Shown here piece by piece: positions 59,631-62,670 of a DNA stretch of 62,670 nt. Source of the DNA: Candidatus Micrarchaeota archaeon (GTDB lineage Archaea > Micrarchaeota > Micrarchaeia > Micrarchaeales > CABMGC01); contig JAGWHJ010000003.1 of assembly GCA_028866835.1 (NCBI GenBank), positions 1 to 62,670 on the forward strand. Direction: 5' to 3'. A model generated the notes under the pieces. That model worked only from the letters and a program-made list of their open reading frames with translations. It was not told the DNA's origin and ran no database searches. The number at the start of each line of letters is the position of its first letter. The first letter of the stretch is position 1. The position numbers and the translations under genes were made by a program.

Positions 59631-61100
59631 ATGCCCATCTTAGATAGGATACTTAAATTCATACCCAACGTGAGGAAGCCGAGCGAGCCGCTGTCATTCA
59701 GGGACAAGCTTAAATGGACGGCAGTGATAATGTCCGTCTACTTCCTCATGTTCAGCACCCCTGCATACGGGGTGAGCACGTCGACACTGAAGCTCCCTAT
59801 ATTCCAGATAATCAACATCATATTCGCATCGAGGGCTGGAACGCTCCTGACCGTGGGAATAGGGCCCATAGTCCTTTCGAGCATAGTGCTGCAGCTCTTC
59901 CAGGGAGCCGGTCTGATCAAGATAGACATGCAGGACCCGGAGCAGAAAGGCAAGTTCCAGAGCATCCAGAAGCTGGGCGCAATAGCCATAGCAATAATAG
60001 AGGCTGTCATATACACGGGCAAGGGCCTTGTCCCGCTCATAAGCCCTTCGTTCTTCGGCATAGTGGCCTTCCAGCTGGCGGTATCCTCAATATGCCTCAT
60101 CTTCATGGACGAGATGATGGTCAAGTACGGGATAACTTCAGGAATAAACCTGTTCATAGCAGGCGGTGTTTCGTACGCGATAGTTACCGGAACCTCTACA
60201 ATACTCGTGAACGAGGCGATACAGGCGCTCGCAGCCGGAGGGGCATCGGCATTGCCCAACGCGATCCTTGCGTTCGGGCCTCTGGTCTTCGCGGTAATAG
60301 TCATGCTCATCAGCATATACATATACGACATAAAGGTGGAGCTTCCGCTCGCATTCAGCCAGTTCAGGGGCGTGGGCGGCAGGCTGCCCATACCATTGCT
60401 CTACGTGAGCGTCATACCTGTGATACTCGCCACAACCCTCATAGCTAGCATGGGCGTATGGTTCACCTACATCGCAGGGGCTAGCGGAAGCCTTGCACCC
60501 ATAGCGCATTTCATAGCCTATTACCAGCAGGTGCCTACCGGCACCGGTGCAACCGCGCCGACGCTGTCCGGAGGACTGCTCTACCTGATCTCGCCGGACT
60601 TTCCGTCACCGTATTCAAGCACCTACGGGGGAATAGGCGGCTACGGGCCCTACGTGTCGTTCCTCGCGAGCAGCACGAGCCCGTTGTACATCCCATGGGG
60701 CAGCCAGGGAATACTCTACGTGCCCGAGTGGGTCCACATAATAACCTACACGCTGGCGATAGTGGTCCTCTGCGTCCTCTTCGGGACGTTCTGGGTGGAG
60801 ATGACCGGGCAAAGTCCAAAGTCTATGGCGGAGCAGCTACAGGAGATAGGCTGGCAGATCCCGGGCTTCAGGAGGGACCCGAGGGTCATAGAGAGCGTGC
60901 TCAACAAGTACCTGCCTTCCATAACCGTGCTAGGCAGCATACTGGTCGCGCTTCTGGCGGTGCTGGCGACGCTCACAGGGGCGATAGGCACGGGCATAGG
61001 CGTGCTGCTCATGGTTGGAATAATGTACATGCTATACCAGCAGCTCGAGCAGCAGCACATGCTCGAGGGCATGCCTGCGCTGGACAAGTTCCTGTCCTAG
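59631..61100 (+). CDS. secY: Protein translocase subunit SecY
   Basis: KLKWT, GIGPIV, SGINLFIA, QIPGFRRDPR, GTGIGVLLMV. Confidence 0.97.
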   Translation: MPILDRILKFIPNVRKPSEPLSFRDKLKWTAVIMSVYFLMFSTPAYGVSTSTLKLPIFQIINIIFASRAGTLLTVGIGPIVLSSIVLQLFQGAGLIKIDMQDPEQKGKFQSIQKLGAIAIAIIEAVIYTGKGLVPLISPSFFGIVAFQLAVSSICLIFMDEMMVKYGITSGINLFIAGGVSYAIVTGTSTILVNEAIQALAAGGASALPNAILAFGPLVFAVIVMLISIYIYDIKVELPLAFSQFRGVGGRLPIPLLYVSVIPVILATTLIASMGVWFTYIAGASGSLAPIAHFIAYYQQVPTGTGATAPTLSGGLLYLISPDFPSPYSSTYGGIGGYGPYVSFLASSTSPLYIPWGSQGILYVPEWVHIITYTLAIVVLCVLFGTFWVEMTGQSPKSMAEQLQEIGWQIPGFRRDPRVIESVLNKYLPSITVLGSILVALLAVLATLTGAIGTGIGVLLMVGIMYMLYQQLEQQHMLEGMPALDKFLS

Positions 61101-61138
61101 CCGCGCACGCATATCTTTAAATATTATGACAGAAAGAA

Positions 61139-61549
61139 ATGATTTTGATAGACATGAGACAAACCGCCCGAATCATTGACAGGCAGCTTCGCTCAGCATC
61201 GGCCTCTGCGATAGCAATCAGCGTTCCAGTAACCGATCTTCTTGCGAACATGCAGAGGACGGCAGGAGGCATCGCGGCACCCAGATCGGCAATTTTCGAC
61301 GCTGCAGATGGCGCATTAAGAGCAACTGCAATCGGTGGAATGCCAAGAACAAACTTCCTTAAGCAGCACGTCTACACCGACAGGCCCTCAAAGGCAAGGG
61401 ACGGCACGCTGAAAAGGACCAGCGCTGCATTCCGTGCGAGGAGGAATCAAGCAAGACAAGAGGCAAGGGCCAAGAAAAAGACACGGGCCCAGCAGGCGGA
61501 GGCAAGAAGGCGCGGCGACGAAGCGCTAAGGAACTCAAAGAGATCCTGA
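61139..61549 (+). CDS. Basic hypothetical protein
   Basis: 136-aa ORF with Arg/Lys-rich C-terminus, preceded by TTTAAATA. No family recognised. Confidence 0.5.
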   Translation: MILIDMRQTARIIDRQLRSASASAIAISVPVTDLLANMQRTAGGIAAPRSAIFDAADGALRATAIGGMPRTNFLKQHVYTDRPSKARDGTLKRTSAAFRARRNQARQEARAKKKTRAQQAEARRRGDEALRNSKRS

Positions 61550-61563
61550 TCTCTTAGAAGCGT

Positions 61564-61797
61564 TTACGGGCATGACGGGAACTGAACCTCGCTCGGCGTC
61601 AAGCTTGGGCTAGGACGGCCAGAGCCGTCCGCTAACTCTAAGCCTTGAACTCTCATGCTCTCCTGCTCTTTTAAGCTCATGTCCTCAAGCCTCTTGGGGT
61701 TCGTTAGTAGCGTGGTCTCGCTGGCTTGGCTATTGCTTAGGAAAAGGCTGAGTGGCTTTTGGTATCGCATACTTGAACCTGTATTATTTTTGCTCAT
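61564..61797 (-). pseudogene. Possible N-terminal fragment of a split (att-interrupted) integrase
   Basis: 77-aa ORF with TTATAAA upstream; its last codons are a tRNA-3'-end-like sequence and it stops right after it. Confidence 0.35.
61567..61588 (-). repeat. tRNA 3'-end-like sequence, candidate att site
   Basis: Minus strand GGTTCAGTTCCCGTCATGCCCG, 18/22 identical to the 3' end of the tRNA-Arg at 53120-53141. Lies near the switch to AT-rich DNA. Confidence 0.5.
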
Positions 61798-61887
61798 ATC
61801 TTTATAAGCGGTTGCGGTTCAGTTTCGCCGTCAACGCAAGCTTATTATATCTTGGTCGGACATAATCTTATGTATTCGACTGCATTA

Positions 61888-62005
61888 AGGCATCATTAGG
61901 ATTCGAACCTAAATTTGCTATGCCCCGTCTGGGTAATTTCGACGGCAGGGTTGCTCCACAACCCCGTCATAAGCAAAGCTGTTTTTCCATTTAAACTACG
62001 ATGCC
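61888..62005 (-). ncRNA. 118-nt tRNA-like RNA with expanded, branched anticodon arm
   Basis: Acceptor GGCATCG/TGATGCC, T8A9, D-arm GTTT-AAATGGAA-AAAC, T-arm TTAGG-TTCGAAT-CCTAA. About 63 nt replace the 17-nt anticodon arm. Confidence 0.75.
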
Positions 62006-62018
62006 AATCATATTGTCA

Positions 62019-62670
62019 TTAAGGGTCTTGTTCTCCACCTTCAGCATTATTCGATTCATTAGTTTCTTTTTTTCCCCAGTTTTTAAGAAGTTCCTTTGAG
62101 AGAGCCTCAAATATGACTTTGTCTATAGGACTTTGTAAATTAAAATCATGTCTCCTACCCTCTACTAACATCAGCATCATATTATCCTGAGCTGGTGGCT
62201 GAGGAGCTATTTGTTGTATTTTCTGCACTTTTTGTGAAGCTTGCTTTGAAGGTCTGTTGCCTTTCGATTTGTCCTTCGTGGTTGCAGTACGTTCTCGCTC
62301 CTGTGTTAAATCTTGTGATAGTGGTAGTCCTGCAAGTTTCCACAAATTTACCACGAAAACAGCTGAAATTACTGCTCTTGCATGTGGGTATGAATGTTTA
62401 TTAATAAAGTAATTTACCAATTTCTCTCTCGTAGAGCTTTCTGGAGGCGTAACAGCTATAAGATCTGCATATGCATCAGTAGCAACTTTCTGCAACCTAA
62501 CTCTAAATTCCTCCCCCACAACTCGTAAGCCCTTTAACTTCTCTGTAACCTCGCCTTTATCGTCTATAAGATCAAGCCATCTTAAAGCAGATAACACCTT
62601 ATCCTCATATCCTTTACCTATACCATATATCCTCAGTGTGGATTTGTCTATGCGTGTTAGTGTAACCTTG
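62019..62670 (-). CDS. DUF5343-like protein, 5' end beyond the window
   Basis: Frame stays open to the window end (KVTLTRIDKSTLRIYGIGKGYEDKV...). LRWLDLIDDKGEVTE...AYADL...REKLVNYF pattern. AT-rich. Confidence 0.65.
   Translation of the reverse strand, partial: KVTLTRIDKSTLRIYGIGKGYEDKVLSALRWLDLIDDKGEVTEKLKGLRVVGEEFRVRLQKVATDAYADLIAVTPPESSTREKLVNYFINKHSYPHARAVISAVFVVNLWKLAGLPLSQDLTQERERTATTKDKSKGNRPSKQASQKVQKIQQIAPQPPAQDNMMLMLVEGRRHDFNLQSPIDKVIFEALSKELLKNWGKKETNESNNAEGGEQDP

Noticed and set aside
53120..61588. Island bounded by tRNA-Arg and the similar 22-mer at 61567
   Set aside because: The copy lies upstream of the minus-strand tRNA, has 4 mismatches, and the interval holds core genes (secY, tatD). 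It more likely derives from a different tRNA outside the window.
61888..62005. tRNA-Sec, tRNA-Pyl or tmRNA identity for the tRNA-like RNA
   Set aside because: No UCA or CUA anticodon loop. The extra sequence is in the anticodon arm rather than the variable arm. It has a full D stem, no G3-U70 pair and no tag ORF.

Overview
Gene-dense archaeal chromosomal window, most consistent with a DPANN Micrarchaeota genome. This is an inference from PolD, a histone, bacterial-type gyrase, exosome/proteasome genes and a QSAMEYLMTYGWAIL class III signal peptide. Most of the window is housekeeping: gyrBA, Lhr, Mre11, Cdc6, PolD, SSB, exosome, proteasome, RNase P proteins, thermosome, SecY, AglB, HisRS, ribosomal proteins, tRNA-Arg(TCT) and a truncated tRNA-Lys-like gene. 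Several features are absent from or unexplained by the ORF track. (1) A 118-nt tRNA-shaped RNA at 61888-62005 has its anticodon arm replaced by a branched insert. It lies next to a DUF5343-like gene at the edge of an AT-rich putative integrated element that has a tRNA-derived att-like scar and a possible split-integrase N-fragment. (2) An IS200/IS605 element with tnpA, no tnpB and three passenger ORFs is inserted cleanly into the rpl37ae-rpoP operon. (3) A box C/D guide RNA upstream of the histone gene is predicted to methylate C34 of tRNA-Leu(CAA). (4) Two dispersed paralogues resemble DGR target proteins. (5) A probable ATP-yielding arginine synthetase (ArcE-like) is present. No database search or folding program was run; family calls come from motif recognition only.
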